64,000 nucleotides of DNA from a virus, in the IMG/VR virus record IMGVR_UViG_3300045988_174698, one strand, 5' to 3'. Positions 1 through 13,573 of this stretch are shown here, piece by piece. The first letter of the stretch is position 1; the number at the start of each line of letters is the position of its first letter. Made by a program: the position numbers and the translations under genes. The notes beneath the pieces are model-generated. The model was given only the letters and a program-made list of their open reading frames with translations, searched no databases and was not told the DNA's origin.

Positions 1-975
1 AATTGAATCAGCTGTGGAATAGGAGTTCTCTATTACTCAGAGAATATAAAAAGTTTTGGAGTAGCTTTATTACAGCTAGTAACTCCAGATAGTGGTAGTG
101 TCGGAAAGGGGAAGTATATAAACGGCGGAGACGTAGATAACTCCAGTTCAACATATACTACTTTAAACACCATTGGAAAAACATGATTTAATAATAATTA
201 TATTGCATCAATATTATTAGCAGTTAGTCTACATATATATTCTCTAAAGAATCTAAAGACTAAAAATGTATATTTGTTAACAGAATCTATATCTAATTTA
301 TCTACTTCTATAAATGATGTTTTTCTAGAATTTAATAGAGAAGATAGAGTTGTTGATATTCAATATAATAGAGTCTCTTTATTAGATGCTAAAATTGATA
401 TTGATTTTGAAGAATCAGGAAAGTACTCTAATGTAAACTTAAAAAATTTAGGAAGAATAACAGACCAAAAAATTGTTAAATCTAATAGTGTAAAAGTTGA
501 AAATATAGAATGATATACTTTAGATAGTATAAACAATATAAACTTTAATTATCAAAGTTTATTTAATTTTATTGACGAGTCAAGAAATAAAATATTAGAA
601 TATAGTAATGTCGACCCAAGTTCATTATTATGTGATTTACCAACCACACGAGATAATCCATTGTATAATTTTGCTCACGCATTAACTGCAATGTTAAAAG
701 TACATAATGCGTCTAGTAACAATAATAATATTTATAATGATATAATTTGCAATAAAGATTTTACTACAGATGATATAGGTGGTGATGTTGCTCCTGCAAT
801 GAGAGATGGAACTATTGGTAACTCTATACTTCCAACTATATCTATAATAAATGAATCGGATAGAATAACTATTTTAGAACCGCCTGAAACAATGGGCAGT
901 AATATTGATTCTTTAATGCAAGTTACTCAGGAATTTAAAGAGACTTACAAGAGTATAACAACAGACATAACATAA
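1..975 (+). CDS. hypothetical virion/structural protein, 5'-partial (open in frame 1 from nt 1; TGA at 511-513 read as Trp; TAA at 973-975)
   Basis: Track ORFs 274..513 and 661..975 share frame 1 and are separated only by TGA. The frame is open back to position 1. Confidence 0.5.
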
Positions 976-3900
976 TGAAATTAAATCTTACGGCAAAAAA
1001 ATTTTATAGTGAGGGAGATATTACTCATGAATATAACCCACTTCATAACAAACTAACAGAAGATGGTAGTCTTCAAGATTTTGTTACTGATGAAATTTCA
1101 TTAGATCTAAATAATCCAGTAAGTATTGAATGCCAACCATCATATGATGGAACTGTTAATCTAATAATTAATGATGATAAAAACCCTCCTAGAATAGTAA
1201 ATACTACTTATACAACAATAGAGGATAATCGCTATAGGAGAATAGTTAGAAATCAAACAGAGCAGACAAATATCTATAGAGAAGGTAAGATAGACACTCA
1301 AACTAGATTATTTAGAAATATAAATAAGATTCCAAAAATAGATCTTGTAAATGTATCTTATTCTGGACAATTAAAAGGAGGTAATTATACTTTTTATATT
1401 AAATTAGCAGATAATGATTACAATAAGACAGATATTGTAGCTGAATCTGGTATGATTTCAATATTTAAAGGATCATTACATGAAATTAACACTATATCAG
1501 GAACATTAGAGGATGAGAGAACAGATAAGTCTATAACTTTGATGTTAACTAACATTGATGTTTCTTTTAATAAGATATTCATTTACTGCAAAAGAGAATA
1601 TTCTGATTTAAATGGAGTAATTAAAGATGAGACATACTTTATTACTAAGCCATGTGAAATTAAAGGCACAAGTCAGACTATAACTATTAATGGGTTCGAG
1701 GAGATTACATCTATAAATGAAGAAGAATTAAACATTAAATATAACATATGTACTGGGGTTAAAACACAAGCTCAGGTTCAAAACATGTTATTTCTAGGAA
1801 ATATACAGCAAACTATATTGGATAATGCAACTCTTCAGAATTTATCATATTATATAAGAGTAAAATTAGTTCAAAGAGAAGATAGTATAGGTTATATTAA
1901 TCCTGGGTCTTATACTAAGATTTCTGAAGATGAAATTACAAAAACAGAGTATTATCATCCTTTAAATATATATTATTATTTAGGATATTGACCATCGGAA
2001 TTATATAGACTTGGAATAGTGTATATTTTTAATGATGACTCATTAAGTCCAGTTTATAACTTGAGAGGATGTGAATTTAGTGATTTGGACACAGTAAATT
2101 ATATAGGTGTATATAATAAGGATGAACATATTTCACAAGATGAATTTTTTATTCCTAATACGGATGGTACAAACTTATCTAATACTAAAGGAGTATTTAA
2201 ACTCCCAGATAAGAGTATCTATAGTAAAGACGGAACAAAAGGAGTACATCCTTTAGGATTTGAATTTACATTCGATTCAGGATTAATTAATGAATTAAGG
2301 AACAATAAAAAACTTAATATAAAAGGATTCTTCTTTGTACGTCAGAAAAGAATTCCAAACATTTTATGTCAAGGATTCTCAATAGGAGTAGACAGAACAT
2401 CTTATATACCATTAATATACGGAGTACAGGATGAAGAGGGGTATACTACAGAATCCTTTATAGATTCTAGCTTAGGTTTAAGTACTGATTATAGTAGTAG
2501 ATTAATTAGTACAGCTAATATACAAAGTAGTGGATTATTAAGTGTTGACACTATAGTAAACTATCAATTACAATCTATGTTTGATAATTCTGAGTTTATT
2601 GTAGAAAAAGCATATGAAACCATGAATAGTGAAGATAAGTTATCAACGTCATTATCTAATAAACGTCATTACTATATAAATACTATTAAAGAATCCGCAG
2701 ATAAAAAGTATGCAACTAAGGCCAAATGTGTATATATAGATACTGATATACCATTAAAATATTATGATAGCTATGGATTTTCAACCAGAGTAGGATCATC
2801 AGAGGACTGTAAAGATGTTAGGTTTTTAGGTTCAAAAAATTATGAACAAAATAATAATAAAATAGTAAGAGGAATCTATTGTCCTTTTATTGGAACTAAT
2901 AAAGTTTTAGATCCAAGTTGTATCTATAATATAAAATCTGGAAATTATTCTTCTACATTTATGAGTGAGTATTTTAAGATCAGAGGTAATGATCTCTCTC
3001 CATTTATGGCAATTAGTCCCAGATACGAATTGAATGATAGTAAGTTACAGTCTCGTTACGATTTATATAAGAGGACACAAGATAAAGTTGAGTTGATTGA
3101 AGAGAATGTACTAACTATTGATAAAAATAAATATGTTAATACATCTACGGAGGAATACTATTTAGAAGAAGTAAAATTCACTCCAACTGTATTTAGAGGG
3201 GATTGTTTTACAAATACAGTAACAGTTAGAATTATAAGGAATTTTATAGATTCTGAAACTCCAACTAATGATATAATAGTTGATCCAGAAACTTGGAAAA
3301 ATGGGTATAAAGGATATAATCAAACTACTACCTCTGATTGAAAAGAGATTAACAGAGCAGATGTGAATACTGTACCTCTTGGAATGTGAGTTACTTATAA
3401 ATGTCTTTCAAATTATAATTTAGGGCTACGATCTGAGGATACATCTTATGTTGATGAAATGGCATTAATGGGAAATCCAAGAGGCTTCTATCCTTTACAT
3501 GGTATAAATACAGCTCCGTCAAGTAAAATACCCGAAAGTACTCTATTAAACGCAGGATATTCTACAACAGTACCTTCTAAAAAATACTTTACATCCCCTG
3601 ATGTACCTTATGTAAAGGATGTATTTGATACTAGAATTATGTTTAGTAATGTACAAGTAGAGGATGACTTTAGAAATGCATATAGAATATTTCAAGGGTT
3701 AGATTATAAAGATATAGAAAGACAATATGGGGCTATTGTAAAACTAATATCTTATGGAACTAACTTATTCTGTGTCTTTGAACATGGATGCGCCTTAATT
3801 CCTATTAATGAAAAAGCACTTATAGCTACTACTACAGGTCAATCTATACACATGTATGGTGCAGGAGTTTTACAAAATCAAGTTACTCCTATTTCTCAAG

Positions 3901-5723
3901 ATTATGGAAGTATTTGACAAGAATCAATTATTAGAACACCAAATGCAATTTATGGGGTTGATACTTACGCTAAAAAAATCTGGAAATACAATGCAGAAGG
4001 ATTTAGGCTAATATCTGATATGGTAGTTCAGAGATTCTTGAATGATAATATAATATTAAATGAAGAGGATAAGTATCCTATAGTAGCATTAAAGAATGTA
4101 AAGACTCACTACAATAACTATAAAGGTGATGTAATGTTTACATTCTATAATGGAAATAAGGTATGAGATTTATGCTATAACGAACGTCTAGAGAAGTGAA
4201 TCACTAAATATAGTTGAACTCCTTTATCTTCAGCCAATGTTAATAACATTTTCTTAACTTTGGATCGTCAGAGAGCTTCATTATATGGAATTATATATGA
4301 TAATATTAACACAAATTCAGGAGCTCATATTGAGGAAAGATTCGAAGAAAACGAGGTTGATAAATTAAATAATGAAAAAGAGAGTTTAGAGAAGGGAAAT
4401 TTACCAGAGAATTCTACTAGAATAGAAGAAATTGATAGAAGGATTGAATATATTGATAAAAACTTTATTTCTGGAAGAACCTGTGGTAATCTATGAGAAT
4501 ATGATAATATCAAGAGAACTATAGTTATTAAAGGCTATGATTTCTTTGAGAAATTTGGAATAAGAATAACATCTATTACATCATCTATTTTAGATACAAA
4601 TGGAGTTGAGCATATAGTTGAGTTCACAGATTCTCCAAAAACAGAATATGATATTAAATGTAAAATTATTAATGGATCTTACAAACCAGATGGTTCAGAA
4701 TCTGAAATAGAATATTCTCAATACTTAGTTGGAGATATAGATCCAGAAAGACTTCAGAAAAAAATTGGTATAATCCAAAATGGAAGGAACTTGGAATTAA
4801 CTATAAATGATTTTGAAGAAGTTTCAAAATTATTATATTTAAAAATTGATTTTGAAGTAACTCCAAAAATAGTTTCTACATATATAGATAATTCTGAGAA
4901 TATTTCAAGTCAAACTAATGAAAATAAAGTATCATCTTCTAGTAATTCATTTAAGGAATCTATAGTATTAATTAGAGACTATAACTATTTAGTTCAGTCT
5001 AAGATGGAGGATAAAGTTAAAGAATATGATCTACTACTTAAGAATGGATTCTATATGCATGGTAGAGCGGGTGTATTTGATGAAATAAATTATTTCGATC
5101 AAAATCCAAATAATGAGATACATCCAACTAAATGATATGACAAACAAGAACCATTTGAGTTTGAGTTTGTAGTAAATAATCCAGCAGGAATTCATAAGGT
5201 ATTTGATAATTTAGTCTTAATATCTAATAATGTAGAGCCAAATAGTTTAGAATTTGAATTAGTTGGTGATGTTTATGATTTTAATAAAGCTGGGATTTAT
5301 CAATCAGAACATGTAGATAAGGAATCTTATTGAAATCCTGATGGATCTTTTGATGAAGATAAATATAACAATGATAAACATTCTAAAGAATTTAGTGGGA
5401 CTGAATATAGCCAAGAATTTAGTGATAATATATCTATTGATAGAGATCCTGTGTTAAATCAATATTTTATCAAGGTAGATCAACCTGTTCTTAATATTAA
5501 GAGAGTAGGAAGGCGTTTAGGAAATATTGAATATAAGGAAGATAGGTGATATAATACTATTACTCCAATTCACTATAAAATTAAACGTAAAGACGGAGTA
5601 AAATCTGACTTAAAGTCTACTAGAATTAGAGACAAGTGATTAAAAATTAGAATTAAGTATACTGGCGATAAACTAGTAGTTATAAATGCAATCCAAACAT
5701 TATTAAGATTAAGTTATGCTTAA
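975..5723 (+). CDS. giant structural protein (~1580 aa), function unknown (tail or receptor-binding candidate)
   Basis: Track ORFs 975..1991, 2019..3341, 3459..3917, 4260..4496 and 4791..5135 are all in frame 0 and separated only by TGA. The first non-TGA stop is TAA at 5721-5723. Confidence 0.6.
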
Positions 5724-7068
5724 ATATAATTTGAATAACTGGGTTTCCCTTTCTAATGCTGCTTTTGGTGGCAACGGAAAGGGAACTGGTAAAATAACTA
5801 TACCAAATGCTATAGGGACTCAAAGTATAGTTAAAAAATCAGATTTAGGTCCTGTTATCAGTGAATCTAAATTAATATCTGCAACTAAATCTCTAAATAA
5901 AGTTGCACCAGTAAAAGAGGATAAAGCTTTAAATAAAAAGATACAAACAGAAGTTAATAATAAACTCTCAAAATCAGCTAACAAACCGTCTTTTGGGCAG
6001 AAATTATCTATGCTTGATGCAGAACATGGAGAAACATTTAATGCAATAGGATCTGCAATTAGTGGGATTAATGCATCATTAATAGGAGATGAAAAAACTG
6101 GTAAGGGGGCTGAGACAGCTCATAGTATAACTAACACCGTTAATTCATTAATTCCTAGTAGTGGTATAGGAAGTATGGCAAATGCTGCTGGAGGAATGAT
6201 TGGAAACCTAATAGGAGGCACTAAAGATAGAGTTCATGGTACTGGATCTGCAGTTGTTGGCACAGTTTCTAAAGTGGCAAGTAATTTTGGTCCAGTTGGT
6301 ATGGCTGTTGGCGCCGCTTTAAATTTATTAAATGGCATTGGAGGTAAGAGAGTAGATTCATTAGCTGACATGACTGACCAATTTGGGTCAGGTTATGGAG
6401 GTTCACAATCAGATGTTTCGGAATCTATTAGTAAGTACTCAGGGAAAAAGGCTGGATTGTTTGATTTTGGATTTGCCAAAAAAGGAAATAAAGCAATACA
6501 AGAAGCTAGAAAAACTCAAAATACAATATTGGGTATTATGGATGAGGCTAAACTAAGAAAATCAAACTCTGCAGCGGATACTTATTTATCTCAAAATCAA
6601 AATAGATATGCAGGATATGAGCCTAAACTATTATTGTCTAAGAGAGGTATGAAATTTCCTGAATTAGATCGTGCTAGAGAAATCATTAGTTCCTGATCAA
6701 CCAAATCTACAGAAAATCAAGATACTCAGAAATTTCAACTTGGAGGTAAAATGAACCTAATTCCAGAGGGAGCTTTACATGCTAGAAAACACAATTTAGA
6801 GGAAGTAAATCCAGAATTAGAAGGGCAAATTACAAAAAAAGGTATTCCAGTAATAACTCATTCAGAAGGAGGAGTTACTCAAACTGCGGAGATTGAAAAG
6901 AATGAATGAACTCTTAGAAAAGAATTTACCGATCAACTAGAATCTTTGTATAGTCAATATCAGGAGGATCCTTCAGATGATATAGTTATAGAAGCAGGTA
7001 AACTAGTTTGTTTTGAGTTGTTAAAGAATACAGATGATAGGAGTGGTTTAATTAAAAGTATAAAGTAA
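5716..7068 (+). CDS. Gly/Ala-rich virion protein (internal-core or tape-measure-like)
   Basis: Frame 1 with TGA at 6694 and 6907; TAA at 7066. Repetitive G/A/S-rich segments (GSAISGINASLIG, GIGSMANAAGGMIGNLIGG). Confidence 0.55.
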
Positions 7069-7069
7069 T

Positions 7070-7963
7070 ATGCCATTGGATATAAGATCACAAGTTGTTA
7101 CAGCTCTGGATAATATTAATAGAAATCCAGAGCTGTATACTCCTACAAAACCAACTATACCTTTAGAAGCAAGAATTAATGATCTAAAAGAAACTAATCC
7201 TAACAAATATAGAGAATATATTTCTACATTAACATCTTCTGCAAATAGTGGAAATGAAGAAGCCAGAGAGTTGTTAGGAAAGATAGGAGAGGATGCTGCT
7301 AGGCAGAGAAGAGGGTATGAAGGATTAAACGAATTTATGGCAGCTTCAACTGGAGGATTACCTGGAATAATTGCAAATTACTTACCTAAAATAATAGGAA
7401 GTGCTTGAAATGGATATAGTATGTTTGATCCAGATAGTCCTGGCCTATTTACTAAAAATTACCAAGAAACACACCCTAAAACTACACTTGGCCTAAATAT
7501 AGCATTAGGGGCCATAGCTGGATATCCATTTATAGTTAAACAAAAGCCTTTAAAAAGTGATATTCCAATCAATGCTACTATAAATACTAATAAGCCAATA
7601 TTTTATCCAAAACTTCATTTTGTAAAAAATAGTCAACATAATAATATCACTTATTTTGATATATTTGCTGGGAAAAATAATAATATTGGTAAAGTTGCTT
7701 TAGAAACTATAGGAAATAATCAGGCACATATTCATCCTGAGTTGAGTCGTAATTTGAGAGGAAAAGGATTTGGAAAAGCTACATATTTAAATATGCAACA
7801 AAAGTATCCAAATTTACAAATTCGCTCATATTTACAGAATGCTGGAGAACAAGGAATCAGTGAAGCTGCTAAACGTGTTTGAAAATCCTTAGTTCAAGAT
7901 GGAGCAGCCTATTCTATTGGGGATAATTATTTATTTAAACCTAATTTATGAAAGAAACAATAA
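7070..7963 (+). CDS. protein with C-terminal GNAT acetyltransferase-like motif
   Basis: ORFs 7070..7408 and 7421..7882 joined through TGA (7406, 7880); TAA at 7961. 'RNLRGKGFGKATYL' fits the R-x-x-G-x-G/A acetyl-CoA-binding motif A of GNAT enzymes. Confidence 0.45.
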
Positions 7964-8565
7964 TTGAAATAGCAGATAAGAAATATAAGGTCTTAGTTGC
8001 AGAAACTGAAGAAGAAAAAACCCAAGGACTTTCTAATGTAGAGTCTATGGAGGATTCAGAGGGTATGTTGTTTAATTACTCTAGTAATCCACAAGGTTCT
8101 CTAGTATTTAATACTAAAGATATGGATTTTCCTATTGATATTATCTTTATAAATGATGATGATGAAGTAGTTGCAGTAGAATATGGGGAACCTAAATCAG
8201 ATGAAGTTATAGAGTGTATTACAGATCCTGATGAAAAATTAGTATATGTTCTTGAAGTTAATGCTAATTCTGGAATTCAAATAGGAGATGAATTAGACTT
8301 TGAGGATGATGATATTTCTGATGAAGAGGTAGAAAAGATGTATATATTAGGATCAGATGGCAAGCCTCAAATGGATCTAGTTGGTGGTGAGCGGATTATA
8401 TCAATTAAAGAAACTAAATCATTAATTAGTAAAGCGAAACGTGCCAATAAATCTAAGAAGGATTCTGACTACAAGAAATTAGGAAAATATATATTCAAAA
8501 TATTAAAAAAACAAGATGAAAGAAAACCAGAATATGTTTTGGGTCCTAATAAAAAAGGAGAGTAG
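7948..8565 (+). CDS. acidic DUF192-like protein
   Basis: Uninterrupted ORF. 'FNTKDMDFPIDIIFINDDDEVV' resembles the DUF192/COG1430 core. Acidic C-terminal half. Confidence 0.45.
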   Translation: MKETIIEIADKKYKVLVAETEEEKTQGLSNVESMEDSEGMLFNYSSNPQGSLVFNTKDMDFPIDIIFINDDDEVVAVEYGEPKSDEVIECITDPDEKLVYVLEVNANSGIQIGDELDFEDDDISDEEVEKMYILGSDGKPQMDLVGGERIISIKETKSLISKAKRANKSKKDSDYKKLGKYIFKILKKQDERKPEYVLGPNKKGE

Positions 8566-8581
8566 AATAATTCTACTCTCC
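8557..8581 (+). terminator. perfect hairpin ggagagtagaa-taa-ttctactctcc overlapping the stop codon of the 7948 gene; no U-tract
   Basis: 11-bp inverted repeat read directly from the sequence. It is followed by a 300-bp AT-rich non-coding stretch. Confidence 0.4.
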
Positions 8582-8878
8582 ATAAGAAGATACTAACTAT
8601 CCTCTTTAACCCTATATTATCTAATGTTTAATCTAGCATCTCCTTAGAGAATGAAATAGACTCTATTTTATATTCTTGGGTTGTGTTACAAAGATAATAA
8701 TATATATTTAATATGTCAAACAATTTATACAAAATTTATCACAGAAGTAATTTTTATAGAATTTATTTGGATATTAAAAACTAAAGTATTATCTTTGAGC
8801 ATTAAATGAATATATGATAATGAAAGAGTTAACTAGAAGAATTTATAAAATTATTAATTAAATAAAGTAAATATTTAT

Positions 8879-9163
8879 ATGAAGGTAATTAAATTTATGC
8901 AGGAAGGTGGTAGTGCTCCTGCACCTGCTGCACAACAGCCAGCAGCAGCACAGCAAGATCCACTTGTAGAAATTGCTAATATGATGGCTCAAGGATTACA
9001 GTCAGGTGACTGTAATATGCTAGCACAGGCTTGTGAGGCATTCCTTTCGTTACTTTCACAGGCACAAGCTCCTGCACAAGAACCAATAGGAGCTCCTGTT
9101 GATTCGGAGCCTGTTTTCAAGAAGGGTGGTAAGCTTGTAAAACGCAAGAAATGTCGTAAGTAG
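8879..9163 (+). CDS. small (94 aa) protein, Ala/Gln-rich with basic C-terminus; isolated between two hairpins
   Basis: Standard-code ORF ending in TAG. Its N-terminus MKVIKFMQEGG resembles the N-termini of the next two genes. Confidence 0.55.
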   Translation: MKVIKFMQEGGSAPAPAAQQPAAAQQDPLVEIANMMAQGLQSGDCNMLAQACEAFLSLLSQAQAPAQEPIGAPVDSEPVFKKGGKLVKRKKCRK

Positions 9164-9176
9164 ATCATTGAAAGAT

Positions 9177-9211
9177 AAAAGGGGGATTGTAGATGATCAA
9201 TTCCCCTTTTT
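9177..9211 (+). terminator. rho-independent terminator (13-bp stem aaaagggggattg/caattcccctttt plus U-run)
   Basis: GC-rich stem, 8-nt loop and a T-run immediately after the 8879 gene. Confidence 0.7.
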
Positions 9212-9234
9212 AAGTATAATATAAGTGTGATAGA

Positions 9235-12200
9235 ATGGCACAGATAATTAAATATCAAAAAGGTGGTTCTACTTCTAATAAAAGATATGGTACTTTTACT
9301 ATTGATGGAAATAAGTTTGAAGTTGATGATAATTTTTTAAATCAATTGACAAACTATGGTAAATCATTAGACGACGAAACAGCCTATCAATTTAGTAAAA
9401 TTACAGATGCTCTAAGGAATGGAGAAAATTTATCCTATGATTCTAATGCTGATAGATTAGATGGAAATGTACAATTTGATGTTACAAATAGTCAAAATAA
9501 TCGATTGGGGAATCGTCGAAGTAGAATAGGAAGGTTTTTTGGTAATTCGTGAAGAGGTAAGGAAAATGCATCTAGAAATGCAATTAATGCTTTAAAGGGA
9601 TTTACTTATACTACTCCTACTCCTGGTAATTCGATATATGATTGATCTAATACTATAAATGTCGAGTATAAAAGAGACAAGGACGGGAACTATGAATTAG
9701 TTAATGGAAATAAAGTTTTTATACAAGGAGCTAATAATTTACAAGTTATAAGAAGACTTCAGGCCCTAAAAGATATTGCTAGTTATACTGATAAAGATAC
9801 ATTTAAGGGTTATGGTAATCTTGATAAACAAGCTTATATAGATCTTTACAATCGTTTAGGGGATGAAGGTATTAAGAGTTTAATAGAACGTGTGGAAAAT
9901 GGGACATGAACCGAAGAGGATAAGCTAGCTCTAGATGATATTGGTATATTTTTAGATAGTAATTCTACTAATAAAAATTCTTCAACTAACCAATCAACTT
10001 CTAGACTTACTGAAAAAGAAGTCAGAGATAACATTGATCCTAATACTCACTCCATTGCTGGTTTAAAAGTTACTACAAATCCAGATGAGTCATATAATTT
10101 AGTAGATGTAGATGGAGATCAAGTTTTTGGTGGTAGTCGAGTATACATAAATGACGAAGTTCTAAGAGATAAGCATCAATTTGATCCCTTAAAAGGATGA
10201 TTTTGGTTTGATGGTAAATTAATCCCAAAGAGTGTTGCAGAAGATGATAACTCAGTATTTTATAGAAACCTAGATCAGTGGATAAATAGCAATAAGAATA
10301 ATATATATGGTACTAATGGAATAGATGTTTGGGGAAATAGTTCTAATCCTTTTACAAGTTATAATGATTCTTTCTTTCTTCCTGGATTAAGAAATAATAA
10401 TAGAGGAATGATGTTTAGAACATTAAAAGATCCCAATGATCCAAATTCAGTAGTATATGAATATTATGATAAAGATTCTGCTAGAGATAGATATGGATTT
10501 GTAACTCCTGAAGCAGTTAAAAGATTAAAGTACAATATTAACACTGGAGAATCTGAGGAGTTAGATCCATTATCAGGAGTTTCTATAAATTACGAGGATA
10601 TTACTAATCCAGTTACTAAATGGTCAGAAAGAGCAAAAGGATACTATGAAATTAATATTCCAGGTTCTAATGGCACCACAGCTGCAACAATCTTTCGAAA
10701 TCCATATGATGTAAATGATGTATGATTTTATAGAGATGGAATGGAACAACCTTATCAAATGACACCAGAAGAAGTTCAATCTTTAATAAACTCAGGAGCT
10801 CTTTCTGCTAATCCTGAAAATCATACATTTACTGGTGCATTATCTCGTAAATGACAGGAAATTCTTTCTCAAAATACTCAGAATTTTAGAGGCAATACAT
10901 TAGGAGGTGTAATTATAGATTCTTCGTTACTTCCAATTTCTACTTTAATTAGAAGTTTATATACTACTAGAACTCCTATGGTTAATGGAGAAAGATGAGA
11001 TAGAGCATCTAGAAACATATTTGATAATAAACCTAAGTTTCAATCAGGAGGTAGAATCAATGCAGCAAAAGTTTCTAATATTGAAAATGATACCACAGCT
11101 AAGACAATAACTGAAAGAACTGACAAAGATGTTGCTAAAACCTCTTTAAAAAATGGAGATTGAAAAGATTTAACTAAAGCGGATAAGATGCAAATAGCTA
11201 GCATTGCTGGCGATTTAGCATCATTAATTGCAGCTATCCCTACTGGTGGTAATCCAGTAGCTGGTGCTTTAGGGTATGGATCAACTCTTGCTCAGTTTGG
11301 AGCTGATGTCAGCCGTGATGGTTTTGATTTAGGAGACCTTGGTAACTTAGCTCTAGGACTGGGATTAGATACAATAAGCTTACTCCCTGGTGTTGGAATT
11401 GGTGGTAAAATGGCTAAAATGAGTAAAACAGTTAAAAAATCTGCTTCATTATTAAAGAATATACTATTAGCCTCAGGAGCTACTAGTGCAGTATCAGCGG
11501 TTAACAATATAGTATCTGGTAAAGGAACTTTAGATGATTGAAAAAGTTTATCTACTGGTCTTTTTGCTGTTAAAGGAATAAAGAATGAAGTCCAAAATAT
11601 AAGATCTACTCAATATAAAGGAAAATCACCTAAATTAGAAGCTAAGACAAAAGAAAGCTTAAAAAGAGAATATATTGATAAAGTAGTTGCTGATAAGGAA
11701 TTAGGATTTGTTGATGGCCAGCCAGCTCGATGGGCTAACTCTGATGGTACTGTTAAGAACTATAAGCAAGCAATTGAAGATTTAACTAAATCAGGCCATC
11801 TAAAAATATCTAAAGCACAAGAGGCTAAATGAACAGCAGAGGCTGCCAAATCTAAAACAAATTCTACTATATCAAATATATTTTCGGGAAGTTGAAATCC
11901 TATGAGTAGAAATTATAGATTTAGAATGTCTAATAGACAACTTCCAGATGATTTTGATATAAGATCTTTAGCAGGCCACACTTCTAAATTAAGAACTTTA
12001 GGAAGAGTTATTAGAAGAAATCCTGAAATTGCTTCTCAATTACAGTCTAATGGATGACTACTTCCATCAACTTTACAGTTTAATTCTAGATATGGAGGAG
12101 ACTGGTTTTATAGAAATCCTGTATTTAAAAGATTTATTAAATTTAAAGCTCCTTCTACGTTAATGTTATCCGAAAGTACTGGAGTACGAGATATACCTGT

Positions 12201-13572
12201 GACTTTAAGTGGCATAAAAAATCCTACTGAGATTCGTAATATTGATCCTTATTTACAACAAGTTGATGACTATATTGGGTTAAGATTTCACAAAAAGGGT
12301 GGTAAGATTATTAAAGCACAAGGAGGTTCTAATAGTAATTGATTTCTTGATAAAAATGGGAAACCAGTAAATGAGCACAGTGAATCAGTTATTGTTACTG
12401 CAAAACCAATAGATGTTTTTTCAAACCCTAGGCTTCCCTCAGATTTCTTAGGAGTTAAGCCTTTAAATGACATTGATCCTAAATTAAGAGAGTCATTAAC
12501 TAAACAGTCTAAAGGAATTAATACAAATAATATTGAGAAGCCATCTTCAAGTATGTTTGGTTCTAGTAGAGATTTAAAATGATCTGGTATTAATCCTGAT
12601 ATGTTACTTGGTATTGGTGATTTTATAGCATCTACAAGAGGTATTAATCGTACTGCTCAAAAGATGAAAGACGCTATTCGTAAGGGAATGATAGGTTCTC
12701 AACAGCAAATGCCAACTGAATTCTACTCTAGATTTAGTGATAATGGTTTGAATAGAATGTATGATGATCGAATCAAGGAAATGCGAAAATATAAAACAGT
12801 CACTAGTGATCCAAATCAAGTAATGGCTGAGAGGTTGATGAGAGATGCAGGAATTGATCAAATAAAGGGAGAAAGAGATACTAAATTTTCACAAATGATA
12901 GATCAGTATAACGATAAACTACTTGCTCAAAAGCAACAGTATGCAAATATAAGAAATCAAATTAGTAATGAAAATAGGAATCGTTGGTATCAAGGATTAG
13001 CACAACTTGATATGGCAGATGCTAATAAGATAGGACAACAAACACAAAATGTTAAAAATCTTATTTATCAATTTAGGCAGGATTATGCTAAAGATTTACA
13101 GAATAGAACTGCTATTGAAGATAAGTTGGATTCTATTAATGCTGAAACTAAATATCAGAATGATTTAAAACAACTTTTTGAAAGCTTTGGTGGTTTTAAC
13201 AGTATGTCTGCAAGTGAAAAAGAGCAATGAGGAAATAATTGGTTAGGATATATAAGTTATAAATATCCTGATCAAGTGTCTAATATACGTAGTAAAGCAT
13301 TTTTTGATATTTATCAAGATCAAGCTAATGATCCTAAGAGAAGACATTCTTGGATTAGATGATTTGATGATTTAAATGTCCCTAGGTATGTTAGTCAAGT
13401 ATCTCCAAAACTATCTGATTCTAAATATTTTAGGTATAAAAGAGGAGGTACAATTCAAAGGTTTAGAGAAACAAATGAACAAGCATTTTTAGATCAGCAA
13501 AAAGCTATTAATAAAGCTGTGAATGACTTAAATAATAATATCATAAGGCTTTTTATAAAAATGATGTCATAA
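9235..13572 (+). CDS. giant virion protein (~1445 aa); contains a DVDGDQ motif resembling the NADFDGD Mg-binding loop of multisubunit RNAP
   Basis: Pieces 9235.., 10408.., 11188.. and 12601.. are all frame 1 and joined only by TGA; TAA at 13570. The motif lies at 10102-10122. Confidence 0.6.
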
Positions 13573-13573
13573 T

